Positions 33,064 to 46,452 are shown, counted from the stretch's first letter. The stretch is DNA of 64,000 nt from Lingula anatina (GCA_051362555.1 CM120644.1:24636534-24700533); one strand, 5' to 3'. Translations and numbers: made by a program. Notes: generated by a model from the sequence alone, not told the origin.

Positions 33064-36000
33064 AGAACATCATTGTTATCTTGCCTGTCTGGTATATTTA
33101 TATGTTATAACACTCCTTTTCATGTTAGCTGCAGTTAGAAGTTTTAGATATTAAATAACACTACTAGTATTCAAAACTGGTTAATTTCTCTCCTTTAAGG
33201 AAAGATGATTTACCTGCTAGAATTTTTTCAATGAGAATCTATGAAAGTCTTAAAAAGTACCCCTTTTTGAAGTTTGAAGTAGAGCCAGAATTTCTAGTGA
33301 AGAATCCAAGAATAAAATAATAAGATATAAGTTAATAAACTATGTTAAATCTAGGACTTGGCAAGAAAGCGAGTTAGACCAGTTGTAGTTACAAGATATT
33401 ACATAACGTGCAGCGGAGAATACAGTGACTCAGTACTTATGGTACTTATCACAAGTTAAATGTTATGTTAGTGGGTAGTTTAAGAATGTTCTGAATGCTA
33501 TTTGAGTATTATTTTCACCCTGACTATCTGATCACGGGAGTAACAGGACACTTGAAGAGCATTCACAACCCGCTGATGTGGGGACTAACTAGTCTGCTGA
33601 TCAAATATGGCTGACTCACTTCAAAGCTGGCCCAATAATCACCTAACAGACACTGAACAGATTCCCAGGGAGGATTACATGGCAAGCGTTCAGTGGAATT
33701 TTCAAGTGGGTCAGCCATATTTGATCCAGGTTGGGTATGCTCTCTTGTTGAATGAATGAACATGTTCTACCAATCATTTCAAATCGAGTTTCTATTATAA
33801 GGGAAAAATAACTTCTATGTGCATTTTTCTGCTTGTCATATTTCACTCACCATAGTTTAACTTTTAAAGGTAAAAGGCAAGGTTTCCTCTTTATCAAAGC
33901 AAACTCTGCATTTAAAAATATCCAAAAAATATCATGAAGTTTCAATTACTTTTAAGGCATTGCTTTAAGGCACCCATACAGATATTCTTTGAATTACAAC
34001 TCCCAAAATAACAAATTTTTAAACTCTTTTTTTTTTTTTTTATACATCAAATAATCTATTCCCCACAGTAGTTTCTATCAAACTTCCCCAGTGTCAGTGT
34101 GCAGGAAACCTGACATGGTGGTCAAATGGGGCTGTGTCTACTGGCCCACACCCTGATTCTACTTGGAGACACGGCAGGATTCTACTGCAACTAGCCCTAT
34201 AAACTATACCCAGGAAACTAGCTCTATGATATGCTATGATCAAAACCCAGGAAATTAGCTCTATGATATGATCTATAGCTGTATGCGTGGAAACTAGCTC
34301 TATGCGTGGAAACTAGATCTACATGTGGAGACTAGCTCTATATGTGGAGAATAGCTCTACAGCCTGTGGAGTGTATGCAGGTGCAATCAGACAAGAACAG
34401 TTGCCCAGAACGGTTTAGGTCCAAAATACCAGACAAACAGTTGGGTTGGCCACCAATTACAAGACTGTAGAGATAACTGAGGACATAATTCTTCCTTTTT
34501 TATTATTAGTCTGTGCTCTCAAAGATACACTAAACCTTAAATATGACAATATTAAAAAAAACTGCATTTAAGGTTTTCATCATGGCATATTTCAAAAACA
34601 TATTATCATGTAAATGTTGGACGACCACAGGTTAAGTTTTTAGACAATTAATGCAGATGCCAAAGTATGAACTAAATTCTGCAAATCATGATAATTTATT
34701 GTGGACATTGTTTGCATATCTTATGTCAGTTTCGAGCACAAGGTGGCTGCAGAAGTTACTTCTGGTTGTCTGGTGACATAATTCAGACTTGAACCAGTTT
34801 AGGTCTATCCTTGTCTGAAGATCTAAACGTGCATTAAATTCTACAGAAGTGAGAAAGAGGAATAAAAAGAAGAAGAAGAAGAAGAAGAGAAAGAGATTGG
34901 AAAAGAGATGGAGAACAGGTACAGAGAATAATAAGGAGAAAAGAGCTGTGAGGGTGTTATGTGGTTGCCATGGTGCAGAGAGCAGCAGTGAGGTCTGCAG
35001 TGTGCACTGATGTGCTGATAGTGTATATATATAGTGTGCACAATCAATGAGGCTGCTGCCACTGGTGATAACTATGATGGCAGTTGTCTTTAACTCGAAA
35101 TCATTCTGGAGAATTTCTAAGACCATTTATCAATGAAAATAGGTAGAGATGCGCTTCCCATAGTTGATGAAATCATAAACATCAGGTTTTGCTTCACTTC
35201 TCAATTGCTGTAGTTGAGATAGGTTCATATGATCCACAATCATGATGGGAGCACATTGTGATTGCTGTAGTTGAGATAATATCACAATCATCACGTAGGG
35301 GGGAGGGGAGACAGTGCTATACGCCTACCTTGCCCTTAAGAAAAGCTGTGAAGGCAACTTTGCATATCAAATAAAACCAAAATATGTGGAGCACCAGTAG
35401 GGATGTCAGCAGTATGTTATACACCCAGTAAAAGGGGTAAGTGAAGGGGTCCACCTTCACTGTGGTGTGCCCCTCTAACAGTGTGCTGCGGATCACCCTG
35501 GAAGAAGACAAGAGATTGGAGACGACGTCAGATTCACTTCATACAACAGTAGCAGGTCTTTGCACTGAAAACTGAAATGTCTCTAATCATGGTCCTTTGA
35601 TTTAAGTGATTTCAAGATGATGAAAAAAAAAAAACTTTTACAAATGGGGCTCATGCAACTGATGTGAAATGGGAAACATAAAACGGGGTCCAAGGGACCT
35701 CCCAGGACCTGAGGTTTACGCATTTTTGGCTCCAAATAGTCAGAAATCAGCAGAAAGTTGGAAAAATCTCATCCGCGTAGTATCTGACTCTGCGTGGCAC
35801 TAACCCAGGTTACCACCACCTTCATTACTTGTGCCAATGATTTCTACCTAGGCACAAATGTCAGATACTGAACACTATGATCTACAAAACCCTTTCCTTC
35901 ATTCAGCAACCAAGTCATTCTGTTTGTTTCCAATCATAAATATAAACTCTTAGATGAAGACAGAGGCTGGAAGACTAAATCTATGTTATATCATCAAATA

Positions 36001-39000
36001 TAATCTGGCAGAATTTATCACATTTTTACAAATATTAAATTGGTTATGATAATCAATAATAAATTGGGTACATGATAATCAATAATAAATTGGGTACATA
36101 ATAATAAATTATAAATTGGTTACATTATAGCTATTGACATCAACATCATACTATTCAGTTAAAATATCAAAGTGCATCAAAATTAATTTTTCTATAAATC
36201 TGTGCACTACCTTAATTTTTCAGCCCTACTGAAAATTACTGAAAATTTCAATCAAAAACCTTGTGCATTTGTCTAAATGTTTGATAAAACACAATTAAGC
36301 AACAACTGTTAAGTGATAAAACATAATTATGTATAAGTGCATCTTTGAAAGAAATTTCATCATTTTCTGCTTGGATTTATTTCTATATTGGCAATCCATC
36401 TTATGTGATCAATATTGAATAAACATAATGCAACATTAATAATCATTATCAATTTAGCTAAAAAAGGATTTCTACCTGAATCAGGTGATCAGTTGCCTGT
36501 CATTAATATTTGATAATATTGCTTAGAGCCTTGAAGGTAAGCATATTTCAAAATCATGACTGGCACCATTTCAACAAAAAAGATCAATTCTTAAAATTAT
36601 AATCTACTTATCCAATGCAAAATAAAAACAAATCCAAGTGACATATTAAAAGGTTTCAGTCTGAAAGAAAGTGCATCATTTTGTCAGTGCAATTGTGCCA
36701 GTAAACCAGTAATAAAGGTCCGCACTTACCTTGTAGGAAATATGATCAGTCTAGTGATGAGCCAGACCAGAGCAAACCCACCAAACAAGAAATCACACAG
36801 CTTCTGCCGACCTGCATATTTTGCCATCTTTGCTGCCTAAAACACAGAGAATAAAACATTATTTGATGGTTTTCTTCTCACATTAAACATATTACCCAGT
36901 TTATGAAACACTAAACATGGTCCTTGTCACAAAAATTAAATAAATAAATAAATAAATAAAAATAAATAAAATAAAATAAATTAAAAAATAAACTTCTACT
37001 TCATAAATTATATTATCTAATGCAATGTGTAATATGGCAGAAATATATGACGAGAGGTGCCATCTAGTGAGACTTCAGCCACCAAAAGTTACCAGGAAAC
37101 AGCCACATCTGTTTTTTTGTTAAAACTCAGAACCCTGTTATGTATCTTTTATGTATAAAAGGATTAAACATATTGTTTACAATATAATATTATACTAAAA
37201 TCGATTCGACGGATATTTGGTTAAAAGTTGATCCCATTCAAAACAGAAGACTTACTAGTCCGAGGGTCAAATATGGCGACCCACTACAAAGCTTGCCCTC
37301 TTATCCACTAATAGACACCAAATAGATATCCCGTGGGGAAGTATTCAAGTGGGTCGGCCATATTTGACCCCCAGACTAGTTAGTTCCCTATTCTGAATGG
37401 GACCACTGAGACATGGTTCTTGTCAGTCAGAAAGTCCTCCAACATCTAACAAACTCTGTACTATCTAACACATGCCTTTCATGTGTGTGTGTGTGTGTGT
37501 GTGGTGGTGGTGGTGGTGGTGGTGGTGGTTGTGGTTGTGGTTGTGGTGGTGGTGGTGGTGGTTGTGGTGTGTGTGGGGGGGGGGGTTTACCTCTAGCCAG
37601 AAGTCAGCAGCATCATGGACAGCTAACACCAGGGTCCCTATCCTCACATAGTTATTGGACCAAGACATTGACATCAGAAAAATGGTCACAATGTGGTGGA
37701 GGAACATCTCCCAGAAATCCTGAAATTATAATAAAAATTAATTAATTAACTAATTTATCCAAGGCAGATTTGTTGAAATAACATTTCTTCTCAGTTACTG
37801 TGGTATTAAGAAAAGTTAATGGATCCAACTCCTCTTTTGGAGATGCAGACATACATGAAAATATGTACAGAAACTAAAATAATAATAATAATAATAATAT
37901 TAATAATAATAATAATAAAACACATCACCATACTGTACCTTTCTCTTGATGTCAGCAAACTGTGAGGCAGAGAGAGACCAGTAGAAGGCTAACTCTAACA
38001 TGTAGTACCAGAATACATCATCTGTTACATGCTACAAGAGAAAGAAATCAATATCTCAGACAAATTTACCCTTTTTTCTAGCAGTGATGACATTTTAAAA
38101 TTTCATCACACATATTTGAGCAGATGTAGCTCTGTTTTTATTTTAATTCTCTCAAATAACCTGTTATTGTAACTCCAACTGCCAACCTGAGTAATATACT
38201 GGTACATGTATTCTATAATAGCAAAAGCTTATTAAAAAAAAAAAATTAATTGTTAATTTTGATAAAAATGCCCCAGTTTAAGTTCGCCTAGTGGATTACC
38301 TGGTCTGGGTAGCCCATCCAGCAATTCCGCGTCTCCCAAAACCATGGTTTCTGCAGTTACAGAGAAATTTATTAACTTCTACATATAACAATATTTTCAC
38401 AGTAAACCGTATACATTTACTTAAATCCACTTCTCTTACTGTTTAATCAGAAGTTTGATAATTATGATTGAAATCATCACTACTGATACTTATGTAAAAT
38501 GATTCAACTTAAATGTGCATTCTTGCAAATAATAATGATACAACATATAATATCAACAAATAATATTAACAAATATATAAACAAAGTTGGGAAATATACT
38601 AATATTACTAAGTGAAAAAACTTACTTTAACAAATTGAAAATTATCTGCAATTTCTAATTTTTATAAAAACAGAATTAAAACAACATGTGATTGACAAAA
38701 ACACTGTTGTGGCTAAATCATTAGTATAACACCCAATGCAAGGACTTAAGAGGGCAAGGGGGCACTGAGGTCACACTCACAACCAAAGTTGATCCACAGA
38801 CTAGCTAACACATCTGCAGATCAAATATTGGTGATCCACTTAAAAGCTTCACACATAATCTCCTAATAGACACCAAATAGATTTACTGCAGGGAATTATG
38901 TGGCAATCTTTCAAGTGGGGAGGCCATATCTGATCCGTGGATCTGCTGGTCCGTAGATTAACTTTAATTGTGAATGCAGTCAGAGAGACTGAAAGGATGC

Positions 39001-42000
39001 GGCTGTATTAGTTCACTAAATGAAGGTAATAGATATGCAACATGCTACACCTTACCCTGGGAAAATAAATGATGCCCTGGGGTATGAGTACTGCCCCAGA
39101 GGTCTGAGTGAGGCCCCCATTTATAAAAACTGACTACTGAAACATGACTTTGATTTAATTTTTTAAAACACTATTTTCTTTTAATAAGACGCCTGTTCTG
39201 CTATTGTGAACGCATTTCAATCAGTCCACATTTTCACTATCAAAGTGTATCAGGACAGCGTTTTCTACTGTAGAGAAAATTGTACTTCTATTTTTGAACC
39301 ACACTATCTTTTAAATGATTTTGTTTTAGAATGAAAATATAGTTTGTCAATTTTGTTCAGATAAAGTGAAAATAACCATACTCCCATGTTTATGGAAATC
39401 TACCCCTGATTGATTGAATAGGGAGATAAAGGGATTAAAGGATTAACTTGGGGGGGGGGGGGGGGTCAAGGGATTTTCTGCCTTAAGATAAACCATACAT
39501 GCACCCTGGGACTATAAATGGAATTTGAGGGTCATCAACTGTGGTTTTATTCAGGAGGCAGACAGACTGGTGCTAAATCAGACCTGATATATATGACCAC
39601 TAAGGTAATGACTCCATCTTTTCTATGGGGAAAAGATGATAAAATTGAATCTTTCAGATTTTTAATTTCTGAATCATTAAAATATATTCTTTATAGCAAC
39701 TATTTTTAGTGTATAGAACAGGGCCATGCTTTACAATTTTGTTGTTATCACACAACAAATATTTCAATCTTCAGAATGTATGATTAAAAAATTTACAATA
39801 TTTAAAATTGTCACCTGTCCCAATTGAAAACATCAAGTCATTGCCATAACTTCTCACCAGAATCAAATATTAAAAGTCTCTTTTAAATCTGGTTGAGAAA
39901 TAACACAAGTCTGTCTGCCTTCCATTCTAAAACAGCCATGTCTGAACAGTGTTAACAATGATTGGGTCTATTGTTCCAACTTACATCCCATAATATGGTG
40001 ATACCGTACACAAAGGCTGATAGGTAGAAACAAAACCTCCAGCTACAAAAGAACAAACAGGAAACTCTACACACTGCATGAGCTGAAAGACAACTTCATT
40101 AGCGTGCCACCAGTACATTGTGTTGCCATGGCAACATAGCAATAGGACACAACCAAATTTCCGGGGTTTGTTAATCACGGTCTCAGAGGTACATGATGTA
40201 TGAAGGGACTGTAAAAGCAAGAATAACCACAGAGCTTGTTTGTACAATAATCAAGTTTTAGCTGCCATCCTCAGAGACAATATATATATACCCACAAATC
40301 AATGGTATAGTTTATACTTCATATTGAGTGAAATGCCACTGGAGATGGTGTGTTTTGTGAAACATTCTGCACAAAATTATAAAATTCTGTACTTGACTGT
40401 GTTATGTATAAAAAGTGTATATATATATATATATGGAATATAATTACACATTTACACTGCCATCTGAAAAAGCTGGATTTTTCAAATTCGAATTATTCAA
40501 ATCGCTGCTAACAGGATTTTGAGAATCCGGTTAACAAAAATCCTCATGTGTTCAGACTACTGCAGTTATTTGAATTGGGAGCTAATTAGCCATTAATTCG
40601 GATAAAAGGCTGTAGTTTGAACGGATTATAAGTGTTTGTTTGGAGGTAGGTGTAATTTGGACTGTTCATATCTGACATATTTGAGTGCTTCCAGACATCA
40701 TCTGGTAGCACAATGTTAACATTATGATTTATTAAACTGAAAACGAGAGAGATAATCAGAGGTTCAGATGTGAAATATAGTTTGAAAAGAAGAAGAAAAT
40801 GTTAGTGTTTCTGTCCTAATATGTCTGTCCTTTTGGTCCTACAGATTGTAAAATATTCAAGTCTTCAATATGGGCGGGCGAGGGGGGGGGTATGGGAGGG
40901 TAGAGAGAGAGAGATTTCTCAAACCCGTCCCAAGGATAGACCTTCATTTTGGAATACAGGTCTGATAAAACACTTTTTGATTGATAACAAATATGTAATA
41001 GTTTGAAAAGAGTGTTACATCTGTAGATCTATGAATGTCATGTCACTGTCCTCAACATGTCTGCCATTTCTATCCTCCAGCTGTTATATACAACTTTCTT
41101 CAGCATTAAATTTATCGTCAAAAATTTTCAAAGGGCGAATAAGGCAAGGAGGGAAAAAGTTCTGTCAAACCTGTCCTAAGGGAAGATTTCTGTTTAGGAA
41201 TTCAGAGCTGATAAAACATAATTTTGATTGCTAACATCATCAGTGTATAAATATTGAATAGAGTAACTTTTGCCTTCACTGTCCAGATGATCATGTTAAC
41301 TAGATGATATCAAATAAATCCCACAGCCCAACCAAGACACACCACTCAACTCCGGCGACAGCAAGTGGGATAACAAAGAATTCAATGCACTCCCCAGAAA
41401 GAGACAACCATAGCAACCTTATCTGTTGTAATGTGAGGACTAGTGAGATGAAGAATATTGTTTTGTGTGAAAAGTGTAAGAATCACAGCAAAATAAAGAG
41501 TGGAAATACACAGATGTGTGCACAGCACAAATATTAAATCAATGCAATAAAACCAATTATTTATTATGTGGTACTCAACAGGTGTTTTGACAAAATCTCT
41601 AAATGTATAATAGAAACAGCATGCTACAAGATTTAAAAACTAATTTAAACTCTTCAAATAAATTACCAATTATTACTATATTCTAAATGAGAAAACAAAC
41701 CAAATCACAAGTAATGAGTAGCCGAGTTTTAGGGAATAAGAACAATCTCTAAATACCTATTTTCTGAGAATTTTACAATATCACTAGGTCTGCCCAGATT
41801 CCTCCTGAGCCGAAACCATCGCTCTACGCGCCGCCTGGTCCAATCTGTTTGTTTTACTATGGCCTGATAAAAAATAGAGAAAAATTCAAACTTGAGTACT
41901 AGAATATATAACAGTTATAACGTACAGTTATGGCTAGAGCCAAATATTTATAATTTTACAGTTGCATCAAGATCAGTTTAAATACCATATTATATGTTAT

Positions 42001-45000
42001 AAATCCTGAGTACTGGTAGCCAGTTTTACTCAGTGGAAACTAGGTGTGATGTTCTCTTGCACTAACAAGTGATGATTTTTAACAACCACTGACCTTTAGA
42101 CTTGTCAAAATATCCATTTTTAAAGAAAAAAAAAATGTATAAAAAAATCCACTCACCTGTAATTGTTTATCACTTGGATTTTTATTTCTTTTAAATTCAT
42201 TTTCTAATATGGGGTTGTGCGGGACTTGGACAATAACTTTTTCTTTCACTCCCAAATGTACAGCAATAGGGGCAGCTATATACCTAAGTAACAACAAATA
42301 ATTAAAACTAATAATGTGCAATGAAAATGAAATTTGGTGAAAGTGGGGCAGCATTTTTAAGATATTCTGAAGATACTATACAGATAGTAAGACCGAGTTC
42401 CCATACTTCAGATCCATCTGGATAGACCTAACTCCCTGGGGGTTCATGCTAAATTGCTATCATTTCAAGAGGGAGCCGAGTGTGCATGAAAGTTTAAACT
42501 AAATTACCCCCTAACAGCTTTTAGTAGGCAGTACAGACATTTAAGCTGGTTAAGCTGACAGCAATTTAGTGAGACTCCCCAGGTAGATATATCGATCCAA
42601 ATATCTGTGGAAATCTTATGTAATTTCTTTTTTTTTCTTTATTTACTGGCTTTTCTTTTTTTTAGTTTTGCTGAATACTCTCAAGGACAAAATCAATAGT
42701 TTTTCCCATCCAAATGTTCAAGGCCTCTTGAGCATTGCTGGGAGACTATCAAATTCACTGAGGAAGCAAGTACTGGATCACCATTTTCTCTCAAGGAAGC
42801 TAATCATTAAGCTATTTCAGCATTAAGAAATCTGATTCTCTCCATTAAATACACACACACATCATGATTAAGCTTGCTGAAACTGGTTATAATGACAGGG
42901 GAATATTTCTGTCTTGTAAGATAACAATCAGTGAAGGAGACAATGCAAGTATAAATCCTTAGCAATGTGTTAAAACTTGAATCAACACCACATTCAACAG
43001 TTAACAAGAGCAGAAAATTATCTACACCACAAACTGACAGGTGAGGATCAAAGGTGAGGGGCCAGTGTGTTCCCCACATTATAAGGTGTGATAACTGAAT
43101 TCCCAAGGTACATTGTGTACATTATAAATAGGCAGGTGTCTCAGTGTTCCTAGGGAATGACACAGAGCTACAAGGTAAATACAGATGACCTGTATGATAT
43201 CAAACAGTAGAGTAATAGAATAAATGGAACCTCTTCCAGCAGCATCTATTATTTACTATGACATAATTGATGCCCCTATTCAGAAATACATGAAAGCATT
43301 GTTACATATCAGTCATACAGGAAGACCTAAACAAAAGATATTACTGCTTTGTTGTATATATTAATCATGGTCACATGTACTGGCTATGAAGGGTTGTTTC
43401 TTTTGCACTGTAATAAAATGAAATGTTCTAAAACCAGATCGACCTGGACTTATGGGTAATGGGGACAAGCTGACCCACATAATTACCATCACACTGAGAA
43501 CAACCTACTCTACAAGTCACCTACTAGTACTAGGATCTTTTTTTTTTCTTTTCTTTTCTTTTTTTTTGTACAATTTCTCATTATACAGTAGAGAAATGTG
43601 CACATAATTAGCCAGTGAAATATCTGTGAATATTGACAGGCTTAAAGGACAACCCTAAACAGTGGGCAGGTTCTTGTTGTCATTTGATAGTCTATAAACA
43701 TCTGAAACACTCAGGGTGACTGCCACTGTTAGTCTCAATAACTTCACTAAAATATAGTCAAACATTTAACTGATTTTTCTTTAAATACACTTTATCCTTC
43801 CATTACTACAAAAACACTGACTATGCTTTGTTTTCAAATTCTTTTCAGTACACTTTCAAACAAGGCGTGATAAAGCATTTATTTGAAACCAAAGTTCATT
43901 ACTAGTGCATGCTCACAAGAAAGCAATTGTGTGGACTTTATGCTCTTTTAAGGTTCAAATAGTACCATTCTCAGCAGGGCACTGGGGTTGTCATGTAGCA
44001 AATCCTTACTGCACAAACTTCATATGCCTATATTACACATGCTATAATATACTGCAGTGACAGAGCAGTTTTCATTATTCAGCACTTGCCCCTTTCAGAT
44101 AAATGTCATGAAAGAAAAAAAATTAAAGTGCCCTTCTTATGACAAAAAACATAACACCACACATTGAGTTTGCTCTTTGCCCTGTAAAAACACTTCCCCA
44201 CACCTTTTAATATCGTACGTAATACATCTTGTTTCTGCTGTTAGATCTGTATACCCTAGACAAACATGCTTATTCAAAGGGTGATTTTGTACTTTGCTCA
44301 CAACCTAAAGAGTAAATATATCTTTATGCCTGTTTGGGAATTTGAGTGCTACACCCTTAGTTCTCAGTATTGTGCATTCAGAGCTTGTCCTTTCAATTAC
44401 ATAAAATTATGTAGTCTAGGATACTAGTGATTGTATGAATGATTAAGAAGTTACTTGCAGTTGGCCTAGATTAAGAAATGAGAATACTGGTTGAAAATAA
44501 ATTGTACAAGAGAAGCACAGTACATTACCCGACAACGCGCAGACGGCTGTACATCCCCCCCCCCCCCTTTTTTTTTTTTTGACTCCTTACTCTTAATTCA
44601 ATGTGAGATGGCCATTTATAGTATTTTAATTATCGGAACATAGTTGTTGTTGATGCTGTGTAATGTTTCCTGCTTTCTCAAGCACAAGAACAGAAATTAC
44701 ATTACATCTGCAGTTGTTATAATAATTCTATTTATGTTAACTTGCAACATCACAAAATGTTGCATCTTGAAGATTGTAAAATTCTATCAGTTCTAATCCA
44801 TGCCTAACTCATAGTTACAATTTAAGTTTTTTCAACACAACAGATATAACGAGAGCAGGTGTGTTTGCTTCCATGCTATATAACAGTTTTAAATGAAAGG
44901 AAAAAACACACAATGAATCCAAGCTAAACTGCAGTCTTCAATTAAAGGAAGGAAATGTATTTTCAGGATGTCCAAATGAATAATCTTCTGCATGAATCAT

Positions 45001-46355
45001 TCATAAACCTGACATATGCATGTACATAAGTATCTCTCTTATAAGGTCATATTAAGTAAATCTATGTAACACATGGTTTGCTAAGTGCCCCCTCCTTTCC
45101 TGGATGTCAGATACCATTAGATTTTAGATCGATCTATCCCCGTGGAGAGTCTCACTAGATTACTGGCAGATAATCCGGCTTGAATGACCGTCCAGCCTAC
45201 TACAAGCTGTAAGGGGGTAATTAACTTTCGTGCCCGCTCGGCTGACAGCTATTTAACATGAACCCCCAGGGAGTTGGGTCGATCTAGTTGGATCGATCTA
45301 AACCTCTGGGAATGGGGTCTAAGGCCTTAGGATCTTGATAAAGAAAACAAAGCAACAAAACATTTGAAACATTCAGGCCAAATCTAAATTGTAGTAAAAA
45401 AAACAACCCCTCTAAATTAGTTTTAAAAAATCCTCATCAGCAGGAGACAAAAAATTAATGTCCTCGGTTGATTCTCTCCCATCATCAGACCAAAAATTCA
45501 GAATGCTCCTTTGATTTTCTCGCATCACGTGTGGCATTTTGCACCTAGGTAACACGTGGCTTCATGACAGAAATTTACAAACAGCTGCTACAGGACTAGG
45601 AATAGGTGCATTTTCAGAGAGAAAGAAAAATTACATGCTGAATCTGAGGTTGCAGTCCATCTTCACAGTCAACTGGTATAAGTATAAATACTACATATAC
45701 TTGTACTAAGTCATTAATCTTTCACGCTATAATCTGTATCTACTGGCCTTGTAATGTGTATAAGCTGATTAAGCTAAGTAGTTACTGGTTAGTAGAAGTG
45801 CATGCATGCATGCTTTCTTTCTTTCTTTCCATTTCTAAAATCAACAGTATTACAAAAGAAGCCAACATGTTGTTGAACTTCATATACCACGTTATGTAAT
45901 AAAAACGGGAAATTAAAGAAATATCTCATCTAAACAAAATTCCCGCAGATTAATTTAGTTCAAAATAACGAATGAATAACCCAAAATATGATCTATTTTA
46001 TCTCAGCATTAAAATCATGTGCAACATTTAAATAAAAGGGCGTGTTATGTCTATCTGGACCGTCCAGTCTTAACCCTAACCCAAGGTAATTAAATGCTCG
46101 GGCCGGTAAGTGGGCGTGACGAAACGATCACCCCACTTTCGCCACACGGCGGGTCAACACAAATACTGACCTTTCAAAGAGTAGTCTTAGCACCAAAAGC
46201 ACCACTGCTAAAGGGATAGGATACCAAATGAGATCTTGCACTTGTGGATGATATATTCCATTATCTGTATTTTCTAAATGTTTCCATGTAAAGCCTTCTG
46301 GAAGCCAAAATCTTTCGTTCCAAAACAATGAACACAACGTCCGCCATGCTTCCAT
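25619..46355 (-). CDS. Ceramide synthase (CerS5/6-like, homeodomain + TLC/Lag1 domain), copy B; 381 aa with exon 9a or 377 aa with exon 9b
   Basis: Exons (minus strand): 46171-46355, 42157-42283, 41757-41863, 39985-40042, 38300-38350, 37939-38031, 37591-37719, 36730-36836, [35329-35497 or 29307-29463], 25619-25738. All GT-AG; canonical Lag1 motif [23 protein letters not shown]. Confidence 0.94.
27650..27825. mobile_element. Short hAT-like MITE (family 3)
   Basis: Termini cagggcttg..caagccctg; related reverse copy at 57904-58083; no clear target duplication. Confidence 0.55.
28448..28770. repeat. Probable MITE containing a ~29-bp tandem repeat
   Basis: cctacaggattactatctaggaaatatgt-like unit, 3-4 copies at ~28600-28695; loose termini cccttaca..tgtaagcggg. 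Confidence 0.5.
29307..29463 (-). CDS. CerS-B alternative exon 9b
   Basis: tcttctag| 157 nt |gtgcgt, phase 2 in and 0 out; [52 protein letters not shown]; corresponds to the only exon 9 of copy A. Confidence 0.88.
30836..31272. repeat. 42-bp minisatellite, ~10 copies
   Basis: cacacagacattgagaacacaaaacagacattgtacagacat repeated; source of the repetitive ORFs at 30720-31361. Confidence 0.95.
33580..33730 (-). mobile_element. MITE family 2, degenerate copy
   Basis: actaactagt..tcaaatatggc..tcaagtgggtcagccatatttga. Confidence 0.55.
34210..34365. repeat. Degenerate ~20-bp tandem repeat (ggaaactagctctatgcgt)
   Basis: About 7 imperfect copies of aaactagctcta(t/c). Confidence 0.65.
35329..35497 (-). 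CDS. CerS-B alternative exon 9a
   Basis: cttcttccag| 169 nt |gtaggc, phase 2 in and 0 out; [56 protein letters not shown] (LH.FW..LI..GK pattern of the last TLC helix). Confidence 0.88.
37230..37405. mobile_element. MITE family 2 copy
   Basis: TIR cccattcaaaacag..ctattctgaatggg; inner inverted repeat gggtcaaatatggc / gccatatttgaccc. Confidence 0.75.
37482..37585. repeat. Compound (GT)n/(GGT)n microsatellite
   Basis: Read directly; adjacent to the CerS-B exon 7 donor. Confidence 0.9.
38795..38945. mobile_element. MITE family 2, degenerate copy
   Basis: tcaaatattgg..taatagacaccaaatagattt..tcaagtggggaggccatatctga. Confidence 0.5.
42394..42615 (+). mobile_element. MITE family 1, degenerate copy
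   Basis: gacctaactccctgggggttca..aattacccc..agtgagactcccc.. Confidence 0.75.
45113..45322 (-). mobile_element. MITE family 1 copy (reverse)
   Basis: Reverse complement of the family; ends gggaatggggtctaa. Confidence 0.82.
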
Positions 46356-46452
46356 TTCGGCCGTCTGCTGAGATCTCGTGCCAGGCGAGATTTTACGTGA
46401 ACTCTCTGAAATCGAGGCTTTTCCTTTTCGTGCAGGCCGCCATATTGCCTAG
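46356..46452. promoter_or_regulatory. Compact bidirectional promoter; RPL27 5'TOP/TCT start and non-coding exon 1 (~46418-46452)
   Basis: Pyrimidine tract cttttccttttc at 46418-46429, then gccgccat (YY1-type motif) and donor ag|gtaata; the CerS-B ATG is at 46355 on the opposite strand. Confidence 0.75.

Noticed and set aside
37413-37745. Poly-Gly ORF (+) and poly-His tail (-)
   Set aside because: Microsatellite read-through past the exon 7 donor at 37590.
9090-46420. The two CerS copies as an uncollapsed-haplotype assembly artefact
   Set aside because: About 8% protein divergence, strongly diverged introns, copy-specific transposons, kilobase deletions and different upstream sequence indicate a real paralogue.
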